The translations under genes and the position numbers were made by a program. The notes under the pieces are model-generated. The model was not told the DNA's origin and did no database searches. It worked only from the letters and a program-made list of their open reading frames with translations. 34,539 nt of DNA from an uncultured Eubacterium sp. (lineage in GTDB: Bacteria > Bacillota > Clostridia > Oscillospirales > Acutalibacteraceae): contig CAZIEH010000001.1 of assembly GCA_964538695.1 (NCBI GenBank), positions 1 to 34,539 on the forward strand. Direction: 5' to 3'. Below, in pieces: positions 1 through 9,922 of this stretch; positions within the stretch are counted from its first letter, which is position 1; each line of letters opens with the position of its first letter.

Positions 1-19
1 TTACGACTATGCCGATATT

Positions 20-232
20 TTACAGGATTATAAATCCCTTATTGAGTTGCCCTTGCGGGCAATCCTTATCTTTTAGTTCGAAAGTGGTTTTACCCTTGGC
101 GATAACGGTCGTATCCCTACCGTAACGCTTATCCATTTTGTATACAAAGCAGTTTCTGCAACCCTCGCTGACTTTTTTACAGCCGTGCCACGGGTTCCAA
201 GGGATAGCTTTATCGATTTCATTGTTTTGCAT
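20..232 (-). pseudogene. DUF5131 (phage Gp37/Gp68-like) N-terminal fragment, about 70 codons, apparently truncated
   Basis: The translation has WNPWHGCKKVSEGCRNCF, the W-x-P-x-x-GC...GC-x-x-C aromatic signature at the N-terminus of DUF5131 proteins. As I recall, these are normally well over 200 aa. Here TAA lies at 20-22, and the other two minus-strand frames also hit stops within nt 1-40. The likely start is ATG 230-232, behind GGGGTGGA; the track start GTG 241 has no spacing to an SD. Confidence 0.45.
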
Positions 233-335
233 ATTATCCACCCCATTCTTTTAAAAAAGATTTTAGCACAAAAATGTAAACTTTTCAACAATCAATATAG
301 ATTTTACACAAACTGCATTTTTTAAATCTCTCCAC

Positions 336-364
336 TTGAATTAAGCGATATAATATGATAAAAT
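336..364 (+). promoter_or_regulatory. sigma-A-like promoter for the XRE regulator gene
   Basis: TTGAAT (336-341), a 17-nt spacer, then TAAAAT (359-364), about 37 nt upstream of ATG 401. Confidence 0.35.
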
Positions 365-400
365 TGTATGTACTTTATCGGTAAAGCAAGGGGGTACGGT

Positions 401-991
401 ATGACGGAGCAGCAATTGCGCGAAAATGTTGCAAAAAATTTGGTGGCTTACAGAAAGCTTAACCATATGACACAGTTAGAGCTTGCGGAAAAGCTTAACT
501 ATTCCGACAAATCGGTTTCGAAATGGGAACGCGGTGACGGGTTACCCGACTTGTATGTTATAAATCGCATTGCCGAGCTGTTTGATATAACTGTAAACGA
601 TTTAATTTCGCCCAAAAGGCCTAAAAAATATCTGTCCTCGCGCAGAAAACAGCACATAATAATACCGCTGTTGTCAATCGCCCTTGTTTGGCTTATCGCA
701 ACGGTCGTTTATATGGTTGTGGCAATGTTGCCGTTTTTCGTGCCGATGAAGTGGCTGACCTTTATTTATGCAATACCCGTTTCGTCAATACTTTTGGTTG
801 TTTACACCGCACTTTGGTGGTCGCAAATAAGTAAGCTTTTAAGCATAAGCCTGCTGACATGGTCGGTTGCGCTTTCTGTTTTCGTAACTGTTTCCATACA
901 CGGCATTTCGCTTATATGGGCAGTTGCCGCGGTTTTGCAATTGATGGAAATACTGTGGTTTATATTGAGATACAGAAAAACAAAAGAATAG
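401..991 (+). CDS. membrane-tethered XRE-family helix-turn-helix transcriptional regulator
   Basis: The N-terminus has a Cro/C1-type HTH (MTQLELAEKLNYSDKSVSKWERGDGLP). It is followed by a basic linker and about four hydrophobic helices. RBS AAGGGGG at 387-393 sits 7 nt before ATG 401; the track start at 368 has no RBS. Confidence 0.8.
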   Translation: MTEQQLRENVAKNLVAYRKLNHMTQLELAEKLNYSDKSVSKWERGDGLPDLYVINRIAELFDITVNDLISPKRPKKYLSSRRKQHIIIPLLSIALVWLIATVVYMVVAMLPFFVPMKWLTFIYAIPVSSILLVVYTALWWSQISKLLSISLLTWSVALSVFVTVSIHGISLIWAVAAVLQLMEILWFILRYRKTKE

Positions 992-992
992 C

Positions 993-1036
993 AAAATCGG
1001 CTGTAAAAACTAAAATTTTTACAGCCGATTTTTTAT
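993..1036. terminator. bidirectional rho-independent terminator between convergent genes
   Basis: AAAATCGGCTGTAAAAA / TTTTTACAGCCGATTTT is a perfect inverted repeat, with an A-run on one side and a T-run on the other. Confidence 0.75.
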
Positions 1037-1043
1037 ATTTTCT

Positions 1044-2195
1044 TTATTCGGTCAGCTCTTTTGCAAGGGCTGTTATTTGTGCGCGGCTTTCGTCGGAAAG
1101 TGCCGATTTTACAGTAACAACATTCTCGGCAAATGAAATATCCTTTGCGTTCTCAAATGCTTTTTTAATAACATTTGCCGCGGTAGGTGCCCAACTGCCG
1201 TTTTGTATAATGCCTATCTTGCGATTTTTATAGCCGCGCTCTGAAAGCTGTGCCATAAACTCGCGCATAAAGGGAAACACCTCGCCGTTGTAGGTTATGC
1301 TTGCCAGCACAAGACGGTCATAACGGAACGCATCCTCCACTGCCTCTGCCATATCACAGCGTGCAAGGTCGCAAACCGCGACTTTTTCGCCGTTTTTCTC
1401 AAGCTCGGCTGCCAAAAGCTCTGCGGCGGCTTTTGTATTGCCGTAAACCGAGGCGTAGGCTATAACAACGCCCTTATCCTCGGGCATATATTTTGACCAA
1501 GTGTCATATAAGCCGATATAATATTGCAGATTTTCGCTTAAAACAGGCCCATGCAAGGGGCAAATAATTTTAATATCAAGTGTGGCGGCTTTTTTAAGCA
1601 ATGCCTGCACCTGTGCGCCGTATTTGCCGACAATGCCGAAATAGTATCTGCGCGCTTCGCAAGCCCAAGCCTCATCGGCATCGAGTGCGCCGAACTTGCC
1701 GAATCCATCGGCAGAAAACAATACCTTTGCCGTTTCGTCGTAGGTAACGATAACCTCGGGCCAATGCACCATAGGTGCGGTAAAAAATTTAAGCGTGCGC
1801 CCACCGAGTGTGAGTGTTGCGCCCTCGCCGACGACTACGGCACGGTCGGAAAAATCCGTACCGAAAAACTGCTTCATCATTTTAAAAGCCGCGGCAGATG
1901 CAACAACCTTTGCATCCTTGTACTTCTCGCAAAAAACGGCGATATTTGCCGAATGGTCAGGCTCCATATGCTGTACTATAAGATAATTCGGGGCTTTGTC
2001 TTTCAAAACCGTTTCAATATTGTCAAGCCACTCGTCACCGAAGGCGGCATCAACTGTATCCATAACGGCGATTTTTTCGTCGCAGATAACATACGAATTA
2101 TACGCCATACCGTTAGGCACGATATATTGACCCTCGAAAAGGTCAATTTTTTTATCATTTACACCGACATAGTGTATGTTGTTTGGTAAATTCAT
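1044..2195 (-). CDS. fprA: FprA-family A-type flavoprotein (flavodiiron protein: metallo-beta-lactamase-like domain plus flavodoxin domain)
   Basis: The N-terminal MBL-like domain has the H-x-E-x-D-H diiron motif (QHMEPDHS). The C-terminal flavodoxin-like domain has VIAYASVYGNTK. The 383-aa length fits the family. AGGAGAG RBS precedes the ATG. Confidence 0.85.
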   Translation of the reverse strand: MNLPNNIHYVGVNDKKIDLFEGQYIVPNGMAYNSYVICDEKIAVMDTVDAAFGDEWLDNIETVLKDKAPNYLIVQHMEPDHSANIAVFCEKYKDAKVVASAAAFKMMKQFFGTDFSDRAVVVGEGATLTLGGRTLKFFTAPMVHWPEVIVTYDETAKVLFSADGFGKFGALDADEAWACEARRYYFGIVGKYGAQVQALLKKAATLDIKIICPLHGPVLSENLQYYIGLYDTWSKYMPEDKGVVIAYASVYGNTKAAAELLAAELEKNGEKVAVCDLARCDMAEAVEDAFRYDRLVLASITYNGEVFPFMREFMAQLSERGYKNRKIGIIQNGSWAPTAANVIKKAFENAKDISFAENVVTVKSALSDESRAQITALAKELTE

Positions 2196-2218
2196 ATTTT
2201 CACTCTCCTTATATATAA

Positions 2219-2247
2219 ATTATATGCTATTTTCGTTGATAAATCAA
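2219..2247 (-). promoter_or_regulatory. sigma-A-like promoter for fprA
   Basis: On the minus strand: TTGATT (2242-2247), a 17-nt spacer, then TATAAT (2219-2224). Confidence 0.45.
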
Positions 2248-2301
2248 TATCGCATTTTTGTTACCATTATATTTTTCAGCATATATCAGTGTTGCTTGCA
2301 T

Positions 2302-2333
2302 AAAAAAGGCAAGGCGATTAACCACCGCCTTGC
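2302..2333 (-). terminator. rho-independent terminator of the lipoprotein gene
   Basis: On the minus strand, GCAAGGCG...CGCCTTGC forms a hairpin followed by TTTTTTA. Confidence 0.65.
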
Positions 2334-2344
2334 AGAGTTTATGA

Positions 2345-3094
2345 CTATTTAAGCAGCTTTACAAAATCTACCTCGTCAATTTGCAGTACGCTATCGGCAC
2401 TTTTTCCCGTCGTTATGCCACCGAACTTGGTATTTAAGCTTTCGTAAAGCGGTTCTTCGACAAAAATTGCCGCATTTTGCACCTTGCCGTCCTGCAACTT
2501 AAATGTGCCCTGATAGCCGTACAAAGCATACATTTCGCCGTCATCGTTTTTCTTTATGTATTCGTCGCCGACCTGTATAAAATACGAATCGTCAACAGCT
2601 TGCTCAACATACTTCGGCTGGTTGCAGTTTTCGCGACCCGACAGTGTTTTTTTAATGTGTTCGTTCTTTACATATTCCGAATAAAGCATTTTACCGCCGT
2701 TAGCATACAGCTTTTCGCCGTTGTAGCTACCCTTATATATTTCAATGACTTGCGGTGTAACCTCGGTGTTAATAAGATAGTTGTCTGCAATAAAGCCTTT
2801 AGCTTCCTTTACCTTTATTTTCACAACCAAATCGGCATCCCCGACAAGCTCGTCAAAATTTAATGCAATCTTACTGTAATTGCATTTGGTTGAAATTTTC
2901 AAAGCCGATGCATCATCTACGCCTTTTTCTGAGCTTGTTTTTGAGCTTATTTCGGAGCTTGAGCTTGCGGCGGCTGTGCCTGCTTTAGATGAGCTTTGAG
3001 CCTTTTCCTTGTCCGAGCAGGCACAAAAACAGGCTGTAAGCAGCAATGCAACTGCGACGGATAATATTTTCAATTTTTTACTCAATTCAAGCAC
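2345..3094 (-). CDS. hypothetical lipoprotein with a Ser-rich linker
   Basis: Signal peptide with Cys-containing lipobox-like LLLTACFCAC, then a Ser/Ala-rich low-complexity linker. I recognise no family. The start is uncertain: GTG 3094 abuts the SD, while TTG 3085 has better spacing to AAAGGGTG. Confidence 0.6.
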   Translation of the reverse strand: MLELSKKLKILSVAVALLLTACFCACSDKEKAQSSSKAGTAAASSSSEISSKTSSEKGVDDASALKISTKCNYSKIALNFDELVGDADLVVKIKVKEAKGFIADNYLINTEVTPQVIEIYKGSYNGEKLYANGGKMLYSEYVKNEHIKKTLSGRENCNQPKYVEQAVDDSYFIQVGDEYIKKNDDGEMYALYGYQGTFKLQDGKVQNAAIFVEEPLYESLNTKFGGITTGKSADSVLQIDEVDFVKLLK

Positions 3095-3141
3095 ACCCTT
3101 TCTGTTTTTATGACAACTTATATTGCGGTATAAGTCAATAT

Positions 3142-3174
3142 AAAAAGCAAACCCACCGTATAAAACACGGTGGG
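3142..3174 (-). terminator. rho-independent terminator of the symporter gene
   Basis: On the minus strand, CCCACCGT...ACGGTGGG forms a hairpin followed by TTTGCTTTTTATA. Confidence 0.65.
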
Positions 3175-3181
3175 CAATTCG

Positions 3182-4612
3182 CTACTTTTCTATTTTACAA
3201 CGAATTCTGTTGTGATACGCGCGTGTTTCTTTGGAAACCACACCGCCGAGTGCGATTAACGCGATAAGGTTTGGCAGTGCCATAAGGCCGTTGAAAATAT
3301 CGGCAATTGTCCAAACGGCAGACACCGTGAGGTAAGGACCGATGAAAACAGCGGCAATGTACAGCCAACGGAATGCAATCATAATAAACTTTTTGCCGCC
3401 TGTAAGATATTCAAGGCAACGCTCGGAATAATAGTCCCAACCGAGAATGGTGGTAAACGCAAAGAATGCAAGACACAGCATAAGCAAGAAGGACGAAACA
3501 TTTTCGTTCCACGGCAAGCCATTTTGCCAAGCATAGTTGGTAACCTGAACACCCTCAAGACCTTTTACATCATATGCACCTGTAAGGACTATTGAAAGAC
3601 CTGTCATAGTACAAACAACGATGGTATCTATAAAAGTACCGGTCATTGTAACAAGACCCTGACGAACAGGCTCGTTAGTCTGTGCCGCCGCAGCCGCAAT
3701 AGGTGCAGAGCCGAGACCTGCCTCGTTCGAGAAAATTCCGCGACCGATACCCTTTTGCATAGCCATTTTTATACTGATACCGACAAATGCGCCGCCTGCC
3801 GCCTCGGGGGTGAATGCGCTTTTTACAATTAAAACGATAGCGGACGGTATCTCTTTAACATTGCAAAAAACAATTACAAGTGCCAAAACAACATATGTAA
3901 TTGCCATAAACGGAACAACAACCTGCGCAACACTTGAAATACGCTTAATACCGCCGATAATGACAAGTGCCACAAACAGTGTTACTATAATACCGCCGAT
4001 AACGACCGACCATGTGTAGGAATTATCGCCGATAGAGAAAGCGATGTTTGTTGCATCCTTGTCGAAAAAGTTTTGTATAGCAGAGGTAATACCGTTAATT
4101 TGCGTAAATGTACCGATACCGAGAAGACCGACGAAAATACCGAAAAACGCAAATAGCTTTGCAAGCCATTTCCAGTTTTTACCCATACCCTTTTCTATAT
4201 AATAGAACGGACCGCCGAGAAAGTGACCGTCGCCCTTATCCTCGCGGTATTTTACCGCCAAAAGACCCTCGGCATATTTGGTCGCCATACCGAAAAATGC
4301 GGCGACAATCATCCAAAAAAGCGCACCGGGGCCGCCGGCACAAATGGCAGTTGCAACACCGACGATGTTACCCGTGCCGATAGTCGCCGAAAGCGCGGTA
4401 CACAACGCACCGAAGCTTGAAACCTCGCCCTTTCCGCCTTCTTCATTCTTTACCATAAATTTCAGTGCTTTGCCGAGGTGAAAAACCTGTACAAAGCCCG
4501 AACGCACGGTCAAATAAAGACCCGCACCGAGAATGAGGACTATCAAAAACCATCCCCAAATAAAATCGTCAATACTGACAAGCCAGTCGTTGAACCATTC
4601 CACACCGTTCAC
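3182..4612 (-). CDS. alsT: alanine/glycine:cation (sodium) symporter, AGCS family
   Basis: Polytopic membrane protein with the family-typical block SFGALCTALSATIGTGNIVGVATAI. Its length is about 470 aa. The SD GAGGAG fits the second GTG at 4603 better than GTG 4612. Confidence 0.85.
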   Translation of the reverse strand: MNGVEWFNDWLVSIDDFIWGWFLIVLILGAGLYLTVRSGFVQVFHLGKALKFMVKNEEGGKGEVSSFGALCTALSATIGTGNIVGVATAICAGGPGALFWMIVAAFFGMATKYAEGLLAVKYREDKGDGHFLGGPFYYIEKGMGKNWKWLAKLFAFFGIFVGLLGIGTFTQINGITSAIQNFFDKDATNIAFSIGDNSYTWSVVIGGIIVTLFVALVIIGGIKRISSVAQVVVPFMAITYVVLALVIVFCNVKEIPSAIVLIVKSAFTPEAAGGAFVGISIKMAMQKGIGRGIFSNEAGLGSAPIAAAAAQTNEPVRQGLVTMTGTFIDTIVVCTMTGLSIVLTGAYDVKGLEGVQVTNYAWQNGLPWNENVSSFLLMLCLAFFAFTTILGWDYYSERCLEYLTGGKKFIMIAFRWLYIAAVFIGPYLTVSAVWTIADIFNGLMALPNLIALIALGGVVSKETRAYHNRIRCKIEK

Positions 4613-4636
4613 TCCTCAAAAGTATAAATATTGATT

Positions 4637-4665
4637 ATTATACATTATTTTTCGCTGTTTTACAA
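4637..4665 (-). promoter_or_regulatory. sigma-A-like promoter for the symporter gene
   Basis: On the minus strand: TTGTAA (4660-4665), a 17-nt spacer, then TATAAT (4637-4642). Confidence 0.45.
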
Positions 4666-4825
4666 CTTGAAATTGCATAATTGTTAAGAAAAACCGCAAA
4701 AAATTCATAATTTAATGTATATCGCAATTATCGCTGTTTTATTTTAAGTTTTGCAGCGTGCTTGCCGAAAAATGTTCGGTCGGTGTCGTATAAAACGATA
4801 TTTTTTCGCAGAATATAAAAAACAT

Positions 4826-4854
4826 TTGACTATTCACCACATCTGCCATATTAT
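4826..4854 (+). promoter_or_regulatory. sigma-A-like promoter for malQ
   Basis: TTGACT (4826-4831), a 17-nt spacer, then TATTAT (4849-4854), 30 nt upstream of ATG 4884. Confidence 0.45.
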
Positions 4855-4883
4855 AATATGTATAGTGTGAAAGGTAGGATTGT

Positions 4884-6377
4884 ATGAGAGAAAACGGAAT
4901 TTTAATGCCGATATTTTCGCTACCGTCAAAATACGGCATAGGCACTCTTGGCGAGGCGGCATATAATTTTGTCGATTTTTTGCAAAAGGCAGGTCAGTCA
5001 TATTGGCAGATTTTGCCCATAGGCAGAACAGGCTTCGGTGACTCGCCCTATCAGTCTTTTTCGGCATTTGCGGGCAACCCGTATTTTGTGGATTTAACTA
5101 TGCTGTGCGACGACGGACTTTTGCTTGAAAACGAGTGTAAAACAGCGGATTTCGGTGACAGTCACTTTGCTGTTGATTACGGCAAGCTGTATGAAAACCG
5201 TTTGCCGCTTTTAAAGAAAGCCGCCGAAAGCTTTAAAGAACAAAAAAACGCAGAATACGAAATATTCTTAAAGGAAAACTCCTTTTGGCTTGACGATTAT
5301 GCGCTGTTTATGGCAATAAAAAACCGTGAGGGGTGTGATATTTCGCACTTCCCAACACCGCTTTTACACCGTGATGCCGCGGCGTTAAATACAGCATTTA
5401 ACGAGCTGTATGAGGAAATAGAGTGTGAAAAAATTATACAGTACTTCTTTTTCTCACAATGGAAAAAGCTGAAAAAGTACGCCAACGACCGCGGTGTTAA
5501 AATAATCGGTGATATTCCCATATATGTTTCGTACGACAGTGCCGATGTTTGGGCGGCGCCCGAAATGTTTTTACTTGATGACGACCTAAAGCCCACCTTA
5601 GTTGCAGGCTGTCCGCCCGATGCCTTTTCTGCCGACGGTCAGCTTTGGGGCAATCCGCTGTACGATTACGACGCAATGGCGCGCGACAACTTTTCTTGGT
5701 GGTGCAGGCGTTTACACCACGCCGTGACGATATTCGATGTTGTTCGCATAGACCATTTTCGCGGCTTTGAAAGCTTTTACGGTATCCCATACGGCGACAA
5801 GACGGCGGCTAACGGAAAATGGTACAAGGGTCCAGACTGCAAGCTTTTCGATGCCGTTCACAAAAAGCTTGGTGCCTTGCCTGTTATTGCCGAGGATTTG
5901 GGTCATATAACCGCGCCCGTCCGCAAGCTTTTACAGCACACCGGTTACCCTGGTATGGCAGTTTTGCAATTTGCGTTTGACCCAAACGGCGACAGTCGAT
6001 ATTTACCACACAACATTACAAAAAACACCGTGGTTTATACGGGAACACACGACAACGACACTATTGCAGGCTACATTGCAAACGCCGACGAGGACGAGCG
6101 CCGATTTTGTATTGACTATCTGCGCCTTAACCAAAGCGAGGGGTGGCACTGGGGTATGATACGCAGTGCTATGCAAACGGGTGCGGATATTTGCATAATT
6201 TGTATGCAGGACTTTATGGGTCTGGGTAGTGAGGCGCGAATAAACACACCCTCTACCGACAGCGGCAATTGGCAGTGGCGCATTGACGGCGGCTGTATTA
6301 ACGATTGGCTTGCAGGTATTATTAAAGACTACACCGCACTGTACCGCCGACTTGGCAAAAACGGCGACGAGGTTTAA
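4884..6377 (+). CDS. malQ: 4-alpha-glucanotransferase (amylomaltase, GH77)
   Basis: Has GILMPIFSLPSKYGIGTLG at the N-terminus, plus VRIDHFRGF and YTGTHDNDT blocks typical of GH77 MalQ. Length 497 aa. RBS AAAGGTAGGA. Confidence 0.9.
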   Translation: MRENGILMPIFSLPSKYGIGTLGEAAYNFVDFLQKAGQSYWQILPIGRTGFGDSPYQSFSAFAGNPYFVDLTMLCDDGLLLENECKTADFGDSHFAVDYGKLYENRLPLLKKAAESFKEQKNAEYEIFLKENSFWLDDYALFMAIKNREGCDISHFPTPLLHRDAAALNTAFNELYEEIECEKIIQYFFFSQWKKLKKYANDRGVKIIGDIPIYVSYDSADVWAAPEMFLLDDDLKPTLVAGCPPDAFSADGQLWGNPLYDYDAMARDNFSWWCRRLHHAVTIFDVVRIDHFRGFESFYGIPYGDKTAANGKWYKGPDCKLFDAVHKKLGALPVIAEDLGHITAPVRKLLQHTGYPGMAVLQFAFDPNGDSRYLPHNITKNTVVYTGTHDNDTIAGYIANADEDERRFCIDYLRLNQSEGWHWGMIRSAMQTGADICIICMQDFMGLGSEARINTPSTDSGNWQWRIDGGCINDWLAGIIKDYTALYRRLGKNGDEV

Positions 6378-6400
6378 TTGGTGCGGCGAGACTTGCGTAA

Positions 6401-9253
<2,853 letters not shown>

Positions 9254-9265
9254 TTGATTGTTATA

Positions 9266-9297
9266 AAAAGGGTGAACCCGTGCGGTTCACCCTTTTT
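9266..9297 (+). terminator. rho-independent terminator after the GH2 gene
   Basis: GGGTGAACC (9270-9278) pairs with GGTTCACCC (9284-9292), followed by TTTTT. Confidence 0.75.
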
Positions 9298-9315
9298 CAT
9301 GCTTGTATACATTAA

Positions 9316-9362
9316 GCAAAAAACGAAAGCGTCGACAAAAAAGTGCAATTTTCTGTCGACGC
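9316..9362 (-). terminator. rho-independent terminator ending the minus-strand orphan transcript
   Basis: The minus strand reads GCGTCGACAgAAAAttgcacTTTTtTGTCGACGC followed by TTTCGTTTTTTGC. This is a 9+4 bp stem followed by a T-run. Confidence 0.7.
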
Positions 9363-9557
9363 CGTTTCACTGTATTCATTTTTAATTTTTTAACTGATTT
9401 AACTGTATCTTTTTAATATATCATCGGACCAAGACGCTCCGTTATAATATTAAACAAGCAGGTTTAAAGTCTCTGTTGCTGCATCTTATTTTTTTGACGG
9501 CGCAGTCACCGCTGCGCGAATGCGTTAATCACGATAATTATATGCCCTAACAGCAGC

Positions 9558-9584
9558 TTATACCCGATAATCTTCGTGGTACAT
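9558..9584 (-). CDS. micro-ORF MYHEDYRV (8 codons) behind SD-like repeat copy 4
   Basis: AAAAGGTGAGTCCG precedes the ATG, with 5 nt between GGTGA and ATG. Stop is TAA at 9558-9560. Translation is purely hypothetical. Confidence 0.15.
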   Translation of the reverse strand: MYHEDYRV

Positions 9585-9585
9585 C

Positions 9586-9755
9586 GGACTCACCTTTTCT
9601 TAAAAGAATTTTTGATAAACAGTTAATAACAAAATTTTGGGACTCACCCTTTTTCAAAAATTTGTCGAGATCAATTTCAGTAAATCTTTGGACTCACCCC
9701 TTTAATTTATTTTGTCGATTTAACAGGTGGTTCGTTCTGCATCGGTCTCGGCTCC
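9586..9755 (-). repeat. four copies of an extended Shine-Dalgarno-like motif at 54/50/54-nt spacing (decayed tandem array)
   Basis: The plus strand has GGACTCACC at 9586, 9640 and 9690, and the related GGTCTCGGCTCC at 9744. On the minus strand these read AGAAAAGGTGAGTCC, AAAAAGGGTGAGTCC, TTAAAGGGGTGAGTCC and AGAAAGGAGCCGAGACC. Flanks also align (TCGACAAA-type block upstream of each). A weaker fifth copy lies at 9426-9440. Confidence 0.7.
9707..9742 (-). CDS. micro-ORF MQNEPPVKSTK (11 codons) behind SD-like repeat copy 1
   Basis: AAAGGAG lies 9 nt before ATG (9740-9742). The TAA stop at 9707-9709 sits immediately before the next SD-like repeat. Translation is purely hypothetical. Confidence 0.15.
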   Translation of the reverse strand: MQNEPPVKSTK

Positions 9756-9773
9756 TTTCTTTTTGTTGTCTTT

Positions 9774-9802
9774 ATTATAGCAATAAAATGCAAGTTTGTA
9801 AA
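9774..9802 (-). promoter_or_regulatory. sigma-A-like promoter of the orphan transcript
   Basis: On the minus strand: TTTACA (9797-9802), a 17-nt spacer (aacttgcattttattgc), then TATAAT (9774-9779). Confidence 0.5.
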
Positions 9803-9887
9803 GATGGCATTTTACACAAAGATTTGCCCAAATTTTCTACTACCACCCTTGTGCTGAAATGTGGTATAATATTGTTGTTATGATGGT

Positions 9888-9922
9888 ATCGGGGCTGTAA
9901 AAGATTTACAGCCCCGATTTTT
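9888..9922 (+). terminator. 13-bp hairpin with a T-run on the plus strand only, abutting the DUF11 stop codon
   Basis: ATCGGGGCTGTAA (9888-9900) pairs with TTACAGCCCCGAT (9906-9918), then TTTTT. Read on the minus strand, the sense of the DUF11 gene, the hairpin is followed by ATACCATC with no U-run. Confidence 0.5.

Larger units (their letters stand above)
9318..9767 (-). ncRNA. predicted ~450-nt orphan transcript carrying an array of SD-like repeats and micro-ORFs (function unknown)
   Basis: Bounded by a consensus-like promoter (9774-9802) and a strong terminator (9316-9362) on the same strand. There is no ORF over 12 codons with an RBS. The next feature downstream in this direction is the 3' end of the convergent GH2 gene. 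Confidence 0.4.

Noticed and set aside
1551-2189. 212-aa plus-strand ORF antisense to fprA
   Set aside because: It has no RBS and no recognisable motifs, and it lies fully inside a confidently called gene on the other strand.
4613-4740. Glycine riboswitch upstream of the alanine/glycine symporter gene
   Set aside because: The minus-strand leader is short and very AT-rich. A good promoter lies only about 25 nt from the SD, and there are no conserved GC-rich helices or a GGAGAG/CACCG-type core.
9500-9517. GCGCAG-tcaccg-CTGCGC hairpin as an internal terminator of the orphan transcript
   Set aside because: It is not followed by a U-run in either orientation: A-rich on the minus-strand reading and GAATGCG on the plus. 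It may simply be a structural element.
9586-9755. Possible CRISPR array or type III toxin-antitoxin (ToxI-like) RNA repeat array
   Set aside because: The conserved cores are only about 9-15 nt and degenerate, and the units are 50-54 nt with partially homologous spacers. There are no cas genes and no downstream toxin ORF. The next feature on that strand is a terminator and then the 3' end of the convergent GH2 gene.
9662-9883. 73-aa plus-strand ORF across the repeat region
   Set aside because: It has a TTG start with no RBS and low-complexity composition. It runs antisense through the repeats and the minus-strand promoter, so it is most likely a chance open frame in AT-rich DNA.
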